Shown here piece by piece: positions 39,708 through 52,696 of a DNA stretch of 64,000 nt. The stretch is from contig NC_042997.1 of assembly GCF_006345805.1 (NCBI RefSeq), positions 109,492,001 to 109,556,000 of the forward strand, in the 5' to 3' direction. Position 1 is the first letter of the stretch. Each line of letters starts with the position of its first letter. Below the pieces are notes generated by a model, which was given only the letters and a program-made list of their open reading frames with translations, was not told where the DNA came from and did not search any database. The DNA comes from Octopus sinensis (lineage: Eukaryota). The position numbers and the translations under genes are program-made.

Positions 39708-42328
39708 CTATTTATATGAGTGAAAGGTGTGTCTTTTCCAGTGTAAACACCTGTAGGATCTTTCGACGATTATGTTTATTAAAGGGCCTTTGGCGAACAA
39801 AATATGAAAAAGTTCGGAATGACAGATGCCACAAAATTTGTCAAACGGGAAGGACCGACAAAATGGACCATTCGAGCTTGAACGTAGTGTTATTGTTCTT
39901 CAGACGCCAGACTAATTTGCTTAGCCCCGTGCTGTGTTGCTTTCTCTTATCTCTGAAAGTGGAATAATGGTTGGAGATCCTTTGGGCTAATTTAGAAGAG
40001 GTTGCGCCAATATAGAAGTAGACATCGGTTCCAGAAGAGATTTTGCATTGGTAAGTGGTGTTTCTAATTTTGGAATCTTGGGATAAGAACTTTAATCTGT
40101 TGGGGTTGGTTTCCGATACTAAGACAGAGTTTTTATTGTTGTGATGGGTGTAAAAATTGTTGGTGGCTTTGGCCACGATACTATTCATCTTATTATCATT
40201 ACTATTAGTTGTAATATCGTCGGCAAATTCCCTGGCTATATGAATGCTGCGATTGTTATCATCAATAATATAACTGTTATTAAGAATGCTGGTACTATTA
40301 CCACTAACACCGCCACTGTTAATAATCTGGCTAATGTTATTATCATTATTACTATTGCTAACGCTAATGCTGCTATGAATGTTGCTAATATCCATACTAC
40401 TTCTATTATTATTATTATTATTGTATGTTACGTTGGAATGGGTAAGGGCGGTGTCGCTATTCATGGGTGGAGAGACCCTATTTAGCAGCTTATTATTGTG
40501 GGAAGCTATTATCTGCGAAAGACTTTTAGTATTTGAGAATGCTATTCTTACTTTATGCGAATTTATAGTGGAGTAGTATCTAGAATTCCTAGGAAAATTC
40601 TTATTAACGGCTTCTCGGAATTGTAAAGGGAGATTAGACCTGATTTGTCTCCCGAAAGGAATCACAAACCAGATATAGTTTTTTTTGTTCATGGAATGGC
40701 TGAGAGTGTTGACATTTACATTAAAGGGTATATTTCTGTGTTGTAGAATGGGTTTAGGTTTACGCTGGCCTCGCCTGGTTCGTAAGTTATTATTGTAAAA
40801 TATATTTGTGTCGACGTTGCTAGAGCTGAAATCACTATTTATGTTATTTATATTATTATTAGAAGTTATCTTATCTTGATGGGCAGATGGGCCGGATCGA
40901 TATATGATACCTTATCACTATAACCGGCCTTTGACAAGGCGGCATTATAAAATTCTGCTTTCTGTTTTAAAATGTCGACATTTGCTGATAACTTAGATAG
41001 TCTTAAGGATATATTTTTAACCAAATTATCGGTGATAGTTTTTGCATGGTTACTGAAAATACTGACATATTTTAGGTTCGTAGACGGCTTATGGTAAGGG
41101 AAGTAAGAATTATTATGCAAATTTAGGGTAACATCTAAGAAATTGGCCTTAGTTAGTTCGTTGTCAAAAATTATGCTCATGCCCATCCTGCTGAAAAATC
41201 TAACTAATCTATTTTTAGTCTTCTGTATCCTACTGTTAGGGGCATTCTGTAGGTAAAAAAGACAATAGTCTCGATACAGACCGCCGCAGATGTCCGGGAA
41301 TTGGTCGGCTAATTCATATGGAATATAGATTCCGACCAAATCGGCTACCTGGGCGCTATCTGAGCTTCCCATTGGCACATCGAACGCGTTGGGAGTATCC
41401 TTTCGGACCCATAACTTATCGAATTGAATGAAGGATTTTCTAGCGGCTAGAATTATATTAATTTCCTCCCTTGTCAGCCCTGCCTTGTTATGTGCGTGCC
41501 ACAGGGCCTTATTGAGCACGATGGGGTTTATCGAAGAGTAGAAATTGGAAATATCGAATTGAATGAATTTAGTGCTATTTTTATTAGAAATGGAAGAGAG
41601 CCATTCTACGACTTGAGTGGAGTTAGACCATATTTTGAGTTTAAGCTTATTAACTAATCTAGGTATGTATTTATCTAAATTGTACTTACTTATGGAACCG
41701 ATGTCGAACTAGAAGGGCAAATGAGCCTTAATCCTGGGTTGGTTTGGAAGTTTGGTTTATGGTCCTTGACGATGAATCTTGGTTGCCTTGGGTTGAGTGG
41801 TTGTGTTTTCATTTGCAAACCATGGGTAACCATGATTTTCTTAATTTCCAAGTTGGCTTTTCTAAGTGTATCCTTATTTGTAGTTCTGTAATTCTTCTGT
41901 ATTTCCTTCGTGAGCAATTCTAAATACTGTTTTTTTGCTAGCTTGTATGTATTCCTGGTTTTATCTGATTGGACCAGGATAGCGTCTGAGCTGTTTATAT
42001 CTTTGGCAATTTTGTTGAGGTATCTAAGGTGTTTATTCCTAAGGGGCGATTTACGGAATTTAACGCTCCTTACAATGTCCCACAAGTCGTCCTCAAATTT
42101 CTTCAGTCTGGGATTGGGTGGCGGTGTCTCCCTCGACTTGAATAGCTACTTATATTCGGTAGATGTTTCTGTACCGTTCTGTTTTAAGTCCTCGTTATCA
42201 TGGAAGAAAGCGAGCCATCTAATTCGGTTGATGAATGCATTTGTTTTGTTGACAATTTCCTTAAGGAAGGTTTCTTTTGGTGGTATTGGTATGTCCTTAA
42301 GGGATGCGTTAATCTCGAACAACTCCAT
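39708..42328 (-). pseudogene. PLE reverse transcriptase + C-terminal GIY-YIG endonuclease (disrupted)
   Basis: SLKDIPIP..RIRWLAFF; SDKTRNTY; KDHKPNF..RLICP; FIQFDISNFYSSI; FDVPMGSSDSA; GLYRDY (YRDD mutated); NFLDVTL..YHKP..SNH; TYQC..FYIGAT..RISNH..STGLSKLVW; frameshifted CGICHSE..CLHWK. One TAG near 42146 and frameshifts near 41706, 40870 and 39850. Confidence 0.9.
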
Positions 42329-42698
42329 TTGCGGTATCTGTTAAGGTAGCAGGATCTGGACGAAGCTGTATATGAATATTTGAGTAATTGAATGAATTAT
42401 CTTATCAAGGATAATTCGAAAGATAAGCGATACCTAGGTAGCAAATTCACATCAGAAAGAACACGGTTGAAGCTACGTCCCTAGGGCATAGACTACGTGT
42501 CTTCGTGTCTTACTATTCTTATGCCTCCCTCCTCCTACTTCGTTTGAACTCTTGAACCTTTAGAAACTTCTAGATTCTTCTACATTCAGCCACTCTGACG
42601 TCACTCATTATAAAGTGACACTCATTATCGCCATGGGCTCCTTGAGAGCGATCAGCTAAGAGTTTTTTGTGCATTTTGATGTCGACATAAGTTCCTTG

Positions 42699-42783
42699 AT
42701 TTTCCTGATGAGAAATCTGCATAATGTACTCCTTATTCCTTCGGAATTAGGAATATGCAGCCTTCGAAACATATGTCGAGAAT
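42699..42783 (+). ncRNA. Type I hammerhead ribozyme in the inverted pseudo-LTR
   Basis: ATTTTC-CTGATGA-GAA..CTGCATA...TATGCAG..TTC-GAAAC-ATAT-GTC-GAGAAT; palindromic ACATATGT. Confidence 0.8.
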
Positions 42784-42861
42784 AAAGGATATTTGTTAAC
42801 TAATCGTTCAACTCCATTCTTTCATATACTTATAATATATATATTTATATATATATATATA

Positions 42862-42927
<66 letters not shown>

Positions 42928-42928
42928 C

Positions 42929-42963
<35 letters not shown>

Positions 42964-43183
42964 TGTATGTATGTATGTTTGTATGTATGTATGTACATGT
43001 GTATACACTACTGAGTCGAATAGTGAGAAGAAGTGCTCAATGTCGCATTCTTTTCTTGTGGATTAACAATACTTTTCATCCAACATGGAGGTTGCTTACT
43101 ACCATTCCTAAGTGCAACGCTTGAAAAATTGCCGCACTTTCCTCATGAAACCATTTGTAGCGTTCTTAATTCACAAATAATGA

Positions 43184-43260
<77 letters not shown>

Positions 43261-44373
43261 TGTGTGTGTCTGTGTCTCTGTGTGTGTGTATGTATGTATG
43301 TATGTATATATGTATGAAAGAATGAATGAACGAATCCTTATTCTTTTACGACCATGAGGTTTCCCTGTATTTCTATCAACAGGCTTATTTACTTGTTGAA
43401 TAACGGTGTGAGTGGTGGAGTATTCCACAGACAAGAGTGCTCTTAATGTAATTCTCAAGTATCATCACGTGAAAAAGAACGGAAAATAAACAGAAAGAAC
43501 CCGGTCCTTTGAATCGAACCTGGAGATTCATGATTGGCAAACCAATGCCTAAGTCATGACGATCCACATCAGAAAACATATTACAAAACACACACATTAC
43601 ATATATGTGTGTGTGTGTATAGATATATACATATATAGGTGTCAGCATTTGTTTCCATAGCATGTATGTGCGTATATGTGTATGCGAGGAGGTGCATGCC
43701 CTGAGGGTTATACGGAGATACATACTCACACACGTATGAATACACATAAAGGCGAATACTTAGGCGCATACATATATACTCCTACATGCATGAATACTTA
43801 CGTATATGCACACACACACATACACACACACACACACATACAAATACATACTCGCGTATGTGTTCGCATGTGTACCATACACACACACACATACATACAT
43901 ACATACATACATACACACCATTCATGTGCTTACATACAAACTCACACGCCGCCACACTCACACCCTCACGCACACCGGCAGGCGTTACCGAGTGTATTAA
44001 TGTTTTCTAGACTTCCATCTTGCTAAACGTATATAACAACATTGTACTATTTTCCATTACAACCGACTCCATCATCCTTTCTGTCTGTCTGTCTGACTGT
44101 CTGTCTGCCTCTCTGTTTCTCTTCATCTTTTCCCTCTCTCCGTCCCTCTCTCCCATATTATCTCTCTATTTCTCCTACTAGTTTCCTATTTATTCTCCAG
44201 GCTCTATGTTATATCCGGATTTTTATGTCACCGAGGCCACTTCATTTCCTTCTCGGCTTCTTTTCCTTTCTGTCAACTCCATTCCGTATTGTTCACACAT
44301 CGCCGCCATCTTCTAACCGTCAGTCAACTCGATAAAACACTCGCTTTCCTTCTGTTTATCACCGCCAACATTA

Positions 44374-44404
<31 letters not shown>

Positions 44405-44412
44405 AATCATCA

Positions 44413-44481
<69 letters not shown>

Positions 44482-45639
44482 TATTATCATTATTATTATT
44501 ATTATTATTACTACTACTGACGTTGTTGTTATATGAGGTTTTGCCTTGTTTCCATCGCACACAAACTCCTACTTGTACTCGCTGCTATATTTGATATTGT
44601 CATTTATATATTTATTTAATTTTTACATGTTTTCTTTTGTGTGCTACTGTTTCATTTTTTTCTTTTATTTATTTGTTCTTTGGTTGTTTTTCTGTTTTTA
44701 TTCTAATAATGTTGTTATCGTCATCATCGTCATCATCATCATCATCATCATTGTTGTTCTTGCTGCTGTTGTTGCCATTGTTTGTTGTTGTTGTTGGTGG
44801 TGGTGTTATTGTTGATTTTTTTCATTATCATTTTTCTCAGTTTGGATTCACGTTTCCGATTTAAATCCAGATAGAAAAACAGAGACAACCTATTCTGTAG
44901 TTGTTATTGTTGTTGTTCGTTTGTTTGTGGTTGACATAACCCTTAGGGCTTCGAACAAAATGCGTTGCGATATTTGTTCTGCTCTTCTACGATCTGAGTT
45001 CAAATCCAGCACTGGTCATCTTACCTATTTTCATTCCTCAGAGGTCGACGAAATGAATCCCCAGTCATTTACAAGGGGTTGGGGAGTATGGACTAAACGG
45101 TTTCCCTTAAAATGCTGGCATTGTGCCAACAGTTCGGCCAGGCTCTCATCGACATTTTTAAGTTTCACTTGGAAAAGAAAGTGAGGGTGGAGAGAGAAGT
45201 GTTACTTCCCAGGAAAATTGTGAACAGATAAGTAACGGTGGCAAAAATGGTTAGAATGATTCGTCTTACACTAAGTATGCGCCTGTAGATTGGAGAGTAA
45301 CGGAGATGGCTCGTACCATTGGTGGTCAGGGTAATCCTGGATCTGTGGGGTTCCTTGATTGGACCTGGCTGGAGTTTCTCCTGTTTCAGAAAGACAGCAT
45401 CATACATGTTATCACAGACTTTGTATTCTCTGCATATTTTAATCGCATTTCGTTATCTTTTCCATTTCTTTCTCTCCATCCTTTATGTAAATCCTCTCAC
45501 AAATTGTTGTCTGTCCCTGTGATGTCACCCTCATCTATGCCCCTGTGGCTAATAAAAGAAAACATCTCATCATCACCGTTATTATTAATTTGGTTTGGCT
45601 CAGGTTCGGTTTTATTCCTGGTAGGATTTCTGTGGGTAA

Positions 45640-46222
45640 GGGGTTACTACCTGTAACCTTTGGGATCCACAAGTGTTCAGCAGTCTTTCAAGTACTAATC
45701 CTGGCTCCCCTTAAGAGACAAACTTTCAGTAGGAGCTCCACTGGGCATTCTATTCCAATCTCCTTCAGCCATTTGTCTATATCTTTGCTTACTGTTCTCA
45801 ACACACCTGTTATTATAGGCACCACATTTACTCTTCGCATGATTATCATTATTATTATCATTATTATTATTATTATTATTATTATTGTTATTATTATTAT
45901 TATTATTATTAATGGTTTCCTTTCTGCATGTTTGATGCAATCACTTGCCGGAGCACACCCAGCGTCCTAGGGCAAGTGAAGGTTAAGAGTTGTTGAAATA
46001 TAGTTGAAAGCTTGGGAAGGGGAAGTAGAGAAATATCTCCATGTAATACAACACAAACATTTACATTGATGGGGTTTTTCTAAGGATGTGGGCAGTACTT
46101 GTTAGCACAATCTTTTGGATTTCCTTGAGACATGGTTCTCCAGGGATATTGTCTAGGTGTTTCTGACTTCCCTTTTTTACCATACCTAGGGCACCTACAA
46201 TAACAGGAACAAGAACAGCTTT
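45640..46222 (-). pseudogene. Two short R4/Dong-type LINE 3' fragments between (AAT)n tracts
   Basis: Minus-strand translations VVPIITGVLRTVSKDIDKWL (about 45640-45840) and VPVIVGALGMVKKG..KEIQKIVLTSTAHILRK (about 45960-46220). Confidence 0.7.
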
Positions 46223-46238
46223 TTTATTATTATTATTA

Positions 46239-46271
<33 letters not shown>

Positions 46272-46394
46272 CATCATCATCATCATTATTATTATTATTA
46301 TTTATTATTATATTATTATTATTATTATTATTATTATATTATTATTATTATTATATTATTATATTATTATTATTATTATTATTATCATTATTCA

Positions 46395-48390
46395 TATCAC
46401 GTGCTTTTGTTGCACTACTGAGCGCAGCTCTGTGTGCTGTGTGTATGTGCTGTGGTTTATTGTGGTGCTCTTATTTTCACTGTATTGAAAGTGTTTTGCG
46501 TAGGATGTGTGCAGTACCTAGTAGTGCAATTTTCTGTATGTCATATATATTTGTAAGTCCTGGTGTTTTTGTTATGTATTTGTCTGAATATTTTTTATCA
46601 TACCTAATGCGCCTACTATGATAGGAATTGTTTCTGTTTTTAGATTCCACATTCGAGTTACCCCTATTTCCAGGTCTCTGTATTTTGAAAGTGTCTCCGT
46701 TTCTTTTAGAGAAACATTGTCATCTGTTGGTATTGATACATCATCGATTAGAAAGGTATTTTCTTGGTGATCTCTGACAACAATATCCAGCCTACTGGTC
46801 TTAATTTTTCTGTGTATTGGCATATGCCATAGTATGGTTGCTTTCTCGTTTTCTGTGACCTTCTTTTTTCTGTTGTTATTCCATAATGTTGGCATAGCTT
46901 CCAGTATATGTAGGTCCCACCTCTGTCGTGTCTGTGAATATATTCCTTCTAAGCCAGGACTGGGCAGCCAGAGATAATATGATTTATTGTTTCTTCTCCA
47001 TCTCCACATATTCTGCAGTTACTTGTATTTCTTTTCATTATATGTTTTTGATAATTTCTGGCGGTAAAGCTTTGTTCTTGCGCTGCAATTAAAAATCCTT
47101 CAGTCTCTGCTTTGAGTCCTGAGCTTCTCAGCCATTGGTGAGATTTTGTTTTGTCTATTTCTTTTCTGTTTAGTTTAACCCAGCATTTGCCATCTAGGGG
47201 CTTTTTTTGCCATCGTTTTACCATGATACGTTGCTGTTCCAGTTTTAGTTTGGATTTCAGTTGTTTTATAGCTTTTGTTGTTTCTTCTTTTTCTTCATAG
47301 TTGTTAGGTACTATGGCTTCTTTTTTTTGTATTTGTCAGCTTCCTTAAAGACAGAAAACACTTTTTTTGTTTTGTTTGTGTTTTGTAGCTATTTGTATCA
47401 GTTTTCCTTGCTTCTGAAGTAGGTATTTCTGTAGTCCTATGGTGGTTATTTAGTAATAGTTTTCTAGCTGTATAAAGCCTCTACCACCTTCGATATGTTG
47501 TATATATAACCTTTTCTAACAGGTGGTTAGGGTATTTTCCATGAAGGAGTTTACCCTTCCAGTTGTTTTCGATATTCATGCAAGCCTTCTTTGCTTTGTT
47601 TTTACTATCTACAATTTTCTAATGAATTTAAGTGTTCTATTTCTGATATATATTTTTTTTAATTGAGAATATATCTTCGTGTGTTAGCTAGTTTATTCGG
47701 GTTCATTGCTGTATCCAAATTTTTACCTAGGTTATTTTTTTTCCAGATTTTATATGTATGTGTTGCTGTGTTTTCGTTCTGTGGGTAGAGCACAGCTGTA
47801 AAATAAGCGCGTGGGATTGAAATATATTTCTCGCGTGTCCATTTATGCGGTTTTTTAATTTATTTGCGGAACATGAGAAATAATGTCTGCCCTTTATTTT
47901 GATGGTCGTCATTTTCGTAGGGGACGTTCATTTCTGGTGTTAAATAGTTTTGCAGGTGTAGTTTTCCGTACTTTTTGTGTAACAATTTTAAAGTACGTAC
48001 TTCCCGTTTGTTATCCTTGCGTTGAATAATACAAGTTTGATTTAGTCTATTTAAAACTTTTTTTATACATGTTAGTTTGGGACGGAGATGGTCTGATGGG
48101 ATTTGATCATAACGTGGCGAGCGTGTTTACACGTGATTGTGCGAGCGATGGAGATGACACACAGTTAAAATGCATTATTTCGTTTGGAAAATGGACATAA
48201 ATTTTTATGAGTATTACATACTCGGATATAGTCCGATACTTTTAATGAGTATTACTTACTCGGGTATTGTCTAACACTTTGTCAGTTATTTTAGGATCCA
48301 TATGATGTCTTTTTTCCGATGTTTTTGGATAGATTTCAGAACAGTATTTTATCGCTCTCACACATGTTAAACGTCTCCGGTGTTCTCCTA
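46395..48390 (-). mobile_element. Internally deleted R4/Dong-type non-LTR retrotransposon
   Basis: N-terminal KWTRE..AY..TYKIW..NPNKLANTRR (about 47600-47900) joined to C-terminal WLRSSGLKAETEGFLIAAQ..CRICG..ETINHIISGCPVLA and RLE-type DIVV..IDDVSIP..KYRDL..PIIVGALG; (AAT)n at the 3' end. Confidence 0.8.
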
Positions 48391-49448
48391 ATTGTGTATT
48401 TTCTTCTTCTTCTTCTTCTTCTTCTTCTTCTTCTTCTTCTTCTTCTTCTTCTTCTTCTTCTTCTTCTTCTTCTTCTTCTTCTTCTTCTTCTTCTTCTTCT
48501 TGTGCTGCTGATCCTCCCCCTCTTCCTTTTCTATCTCTCACTTCTCCTTCCTGTCGTCTTGAAACATCCCTACGAACTTTTAACCTTCATTATTCCGCTA
48601 TTATCAAATGATATTTTAAGCGACAGAGTGTATGTTTCGGTTTCTCTCCATAATTAAAATCGTGAACCTATTTACCACAGAGCGCATTCCAGTATTCTTG
48701 CAGAATACTTTTACTGTTTAGATTAGAGAAATCCAGGTCTTTTTAACTTTTTGCACAAACGTTGAGGTCATTCATATAACGCAGATGATTTATTTTCATT
48801 CTGGTTTTGGCAAATTCACAGGCAAGTCTGGATTTCATCAGTATGTTTGTTCCATTTCAATTTTCGCGACAACATGTATATATACGTGTGTGTGTGTGTA
48901 TACACATACACATGCATATATGTATGTATGGGTGGATGGATGGATGGATGGATGGATGAATGGATGGATGGATGGATTGATAGACAGATAGATAGATAAA
49001 CAGACAGACAGACAGAGTCAGAAAAGCTGAAAGAAGAAATAAGAACGGAAATAAAGCAAGAATGGAAGGAACATGGTGGGGAAGCAGGAAGGGTTTAGAT
49101 AAAGCATGGAATGAAAAGAGAAAGGGAGCTGAGGAAAAAGGGGAAAAAATGGAGGAAAAGAAGGAATGAAAAGAATGAATAACTAAGAGAAAGAAAGAAG
49201 GAAGGAAAGACAGGAAGAATTAACTGAGCATGGTATTCTCCAAGAAATGAAGAAGTAACAGAGAGACAATTAGTGACTTAATTAAAATAGCCGAGAAAAG
49301 AAAGAATTGCGAAGAATTTTGAAGACTAAAAGAGGAAATGTTTCTGACGAGTTTGCTGTTTCCCTGCTGACATTTTTAAGTTTGAGAAATAAATTGCATG
49401 TTCAGTTGTTGGAGAGTTTGTTTATATGTTTAGTTTTTGTAAAGTTTG

Positions 49449-49480
<32 letters not shown>

Positions 49481-49820
49481 CAATAGTATTTCGTTTATGA
49501 ATTTGTTCCGCAAATTTATGAAACATTCGTCAAATATATAATGCTCCCATAATGTATTACTGGGGACTTTACTATCACATGTTCTGTATACTTTTTAATG
49601 ACGAACGACGTGACGTTGAATATGTGATTTATACATTTCCCCGGATTGATAAATAATAGCCAGCATCATGAATAAACTGCGACCATGGGCCATTCTGAAT
49701 TGATATCAGTTCTAGAAGAAGGGCTGTGTGAAAGAACTGGTCTTATTAGAATTAGAAACATTACTGGTAGTTTAGGATTGGTTTTGGTTGTATACAAGTG
49801 ACTGGTGTAGGAAGGGACAC

Positions 49821-49857
<37 letters not shown>

Positions 49858-50019
49858 TTATTATTATTATTATTATTATTATATTATTATTATTATATTT
49901 CTTTTCATTATAACTTTATTTCAGCTACCTTAGTACCGGACATCCTCCAGAGGCCAAGAATAGCAAGGGCACTTTTGTTTTGCTATGCATACTAAAATTA
50001 TCACCACATTTATTCCACT

Positions 50020-50790
50020 TTAGATGGAGAGTGTTTTCCGTAGTATACGGGCTGTACCCATCAAGGTTATCTTTTGTAGCTCACGGAGATTGGAGTTACC
50101 AGGCAGTTGCTTAACATACTTCTCAGCTCCCTTCTTTATCATTCCCAACGTACCAATTACTACTGGTATTATCGAAGTATTTCAATTTGCAGATCTTTAT
50201 AGTAAGAAAGCTTTTTGTATTCTTTTCTTGAGATATTTTGATATTGTGGGACTGACACATCTATTAACAGACAAGTTCCTCTCTTGTAGTCCTTGATCAC
50301 AATGTCTGGTCGACTACTGTCAATTTCTCTGTCTGTTTGTATTGGGAAGATCCAAAGTATGGTGACGCCCTCACCATTTATTATATCTGTTGGATGGTGC
50401 CCGTACCACTTATCATGGGATTTAATTTTGTAGTATTTACAAGCATTCAGTAGATGTACTGCCACAGTCTGTCATGTCTTATGAGGTACTCCTTTTCAGT
50501 GAGGACTGGGCAGCCAGAAACAACATGATCAATCGTCTCTGTGAATTTTCCACAAATTCTGCATGAGGGGTCAGATCCATCTTTAAGGTAATTTCTGGTA
50601 GGTAAGCTCTGACCTTGCACTGCAATAACAAAACCTTCTGTTTCCCCTTTCAGACCTGTCCCCTGTAGCCATTGGTGTGTTTGATCAATATCTAGCTTAG
50701 ACAGGTGGCTAGAGTATTTTTCATGCAGGAGTTTACGCTTCCAGTTGTCTTCCATATTATTCATGCAAGCCCTCTTTGCTCTTTGTTTGA
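50020..50790 (-). pseudogene. R4/Dong-type LINE C-terminal fragment (CCHC + restriction-like endonuclease)
   Basis: LKGETEGFVIAVQ..CRICGKFTETIDHVVSGCPVL..RHD; RPDIVIKD..LIDVSVP..KYYKDL-like motif. Confidence 0.85.
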
Positions 50791-50824
50791 TGTATTTTGC
50801 ATCATTATTATTATTAGTAGTAGT

Positions 50825-50874
<50 letters not shown>

Positions 50875-50904
50875 CAGCAGCAGCAGCAGCAGCAGCAGCG
50901 CAGC

Positions 50905-50988
<84 letters not shown>

Positions 50989-51523
50989 CAGTACTAATTT
51001 TCTGGAAAAAGTCCTCTTTGACAATAGCTAAAATGTAAAAGAAGCTGTTCGGTGTCTCTTTGGTGTTTCTGCGGATTCAATTCTCTTCCTGCCACGACGA
51101 GGAACTCAGTTGGAAGTTTGTACTAGTGATCCTTTCGTGAGGTTGTCATCACCACGGGATACTGGAAGCTACGACGGCAGCTGGTGTCGCCCTCCGTGTC
51201 TTTAACCAATTTATAGTCTTGCTATAGTCTCTGCCAGACACCCTGCGTAGAGAAAAATGCCAAAGGCTTCAAAGTTATTCATTACACGACACACCGACTT
51301 CAAAAACTCAAATCAGACTGTATTTCAAAAGAAGACATTATATCCGAATATTTTAATTATAATTAATTATGATTAATTATAAATAATACTTCGTAAATAA
51401 ATAATACTTCGTAGCTTTCACAGAACGCCTTCCATTTCTGGAAAATAACAATTCATTGGTTTAACGTTAATTACATTTCAGTAAGGGTAATTACATCTAA
51501 AAATTAAATTATTTTGAGACCAC

Positions 51524-51576
51524 GAGACTTCTCTGAAGAGACTCAATAAGAGCAGAAACATTTGCAGAATTGTCTC
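51524..51576 (+). ncRNA. Degenerate hammerhead motif (family J)
   Basis: GAGAC-TTCT-CTGAAGA-GACTC-AATAA-GAGCA-GAAAC-ATTT-GC-AGAA-TT-GTCTC; U16.1 is missing. Confidence 0.45.
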
Positions 51577-51621
51577 ACGTACAAGGCAGAGAAGTTTAAA
51601 AGATTATATTCGTCATCGTTA

Positions 51622-51855
51622 AAGGCGGCGAGCTGGCAGAACCTTTAGCACGCCGGGTGAAATGCGTAGCCGTATTTCGTCTGCCGTTACGTTCTGAGTT
51701 CAAATTTCGCCGAGGTCGACTTTGCCTTTCATCCTTTAGGGGTCGATAAAATTAAGTACCAGTTACGCAGTGGGGTCGACTGTAATCGACTTAATCCGTT
51801 TGTCTGTCCTTGTTTGTCCTTTCTATGTTTAGCCTCTTGTGGGTAATAAAGAAAC
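51622..51855 (+). mobile_element. tRNA-derived SINE family 2
   Basis: A-box-like TGGCAGAACC and B-box GAGTTCAAATTT; other copies near 20985-21110 (minus), 44930-45090 and 61715-61925. Confidence 0.8.
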
Positions 51856-52015
51856 ATATATTCGTCATCGTTTAACAACTCTTTCTGTCTCCTTATATAA
51901 AGGCTTAAACAAGATGGTGCGTTTTTTTAATAACGGGGTGAAGTAAAATTGATCACAACTAGATTCAAACTTTCACAATAAAAATTTGTAAATAATATTG
52001 AGGTATATCTATCTA

Positions 52016-52495
52016 GGTCTGGAAGAGTAGAAACATCAGTCTCGCTACCACATGCAGATTGGTGAATGCAATTGTCTTCCCAATAGCAACATATGGATGT
52101 GAGACCTGATCACTAAAGAAAGTTAAACAGAAGAGAATTAATGCATTCGAGCTTTGGTGTTGGAGAAGACTTTTACGGATTCCATGGGCAGCGAGGCTCA
52201 CCAATGGAGAAGTTCTTAACCGGGTTAAGCCGAAACTGTCGCTGGAAGCTAGGATCACCAAGCATAGAATTGGCATACTTTGGTCATATTATGCGGAGAA
52301 AATCCCTGGAGAAGGACATCATGCTCGGCATGGTCAGTGGCAAGAGAGGAAGAGGCCGACCAAGAACCCGCTGGCTTAACACCATCAAGAGTGATACCGG
52401 AATGGACATAGCCAATCTGAAAGAAGCGGCCCAGGAGAGAACTGGCTGGAAGACACTGATCCATCGAGTAACCGAGAGTCGACTTGAACTGAGCG

Positions 52496-52563
<68 letters not shown>

Positions 52564-52594
52564 TTCATATATCTATCTATCTATCTATCTATCT
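52016..52594 (+). mobile_element. 5'-truncated RTE (BovB-like) LINE with (GATA)n tail and 46-bp target duplication
   Basis: IVFPIATYGCET..INAFELWCWRRLLRIPW..YFGHIMRR..LEKDIMLG.V.GKRGRGRPRTRW; identical 46-mers at 51970-52015 and 52595-52640. Confidence 0.92.
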
Positions 52595-52643
52595 CTTTCA
52601 CAATAAAAATTTGTAAATAATATTGAGGTATATCTATCTATTC

Positions 52644-52696
<53 letters not shown>

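Larger units (their letters stand above)
38854..42836 (-). mobile_element. Near full-length Penelope-like element, Naiad type, inserted in (TA)n
   Basis: Direct repeat 38854-38983 / 42378-42507; inverted pseudo-LTR 42509-42836 matches 39010-39336; HHRs in the repeats; RT-GIY-YIG ORF between them. Confidence 0.9.

Noticed and set aside
39841-42148. Selenocysteine readthrough in the Naiad ORF
   Set aside because: The internal stop near 42146 is TAG, and the TGA at 39841 follows a frameshift (the conserved C-terminus continues in another frame); no TGA lies at a cysteine position.
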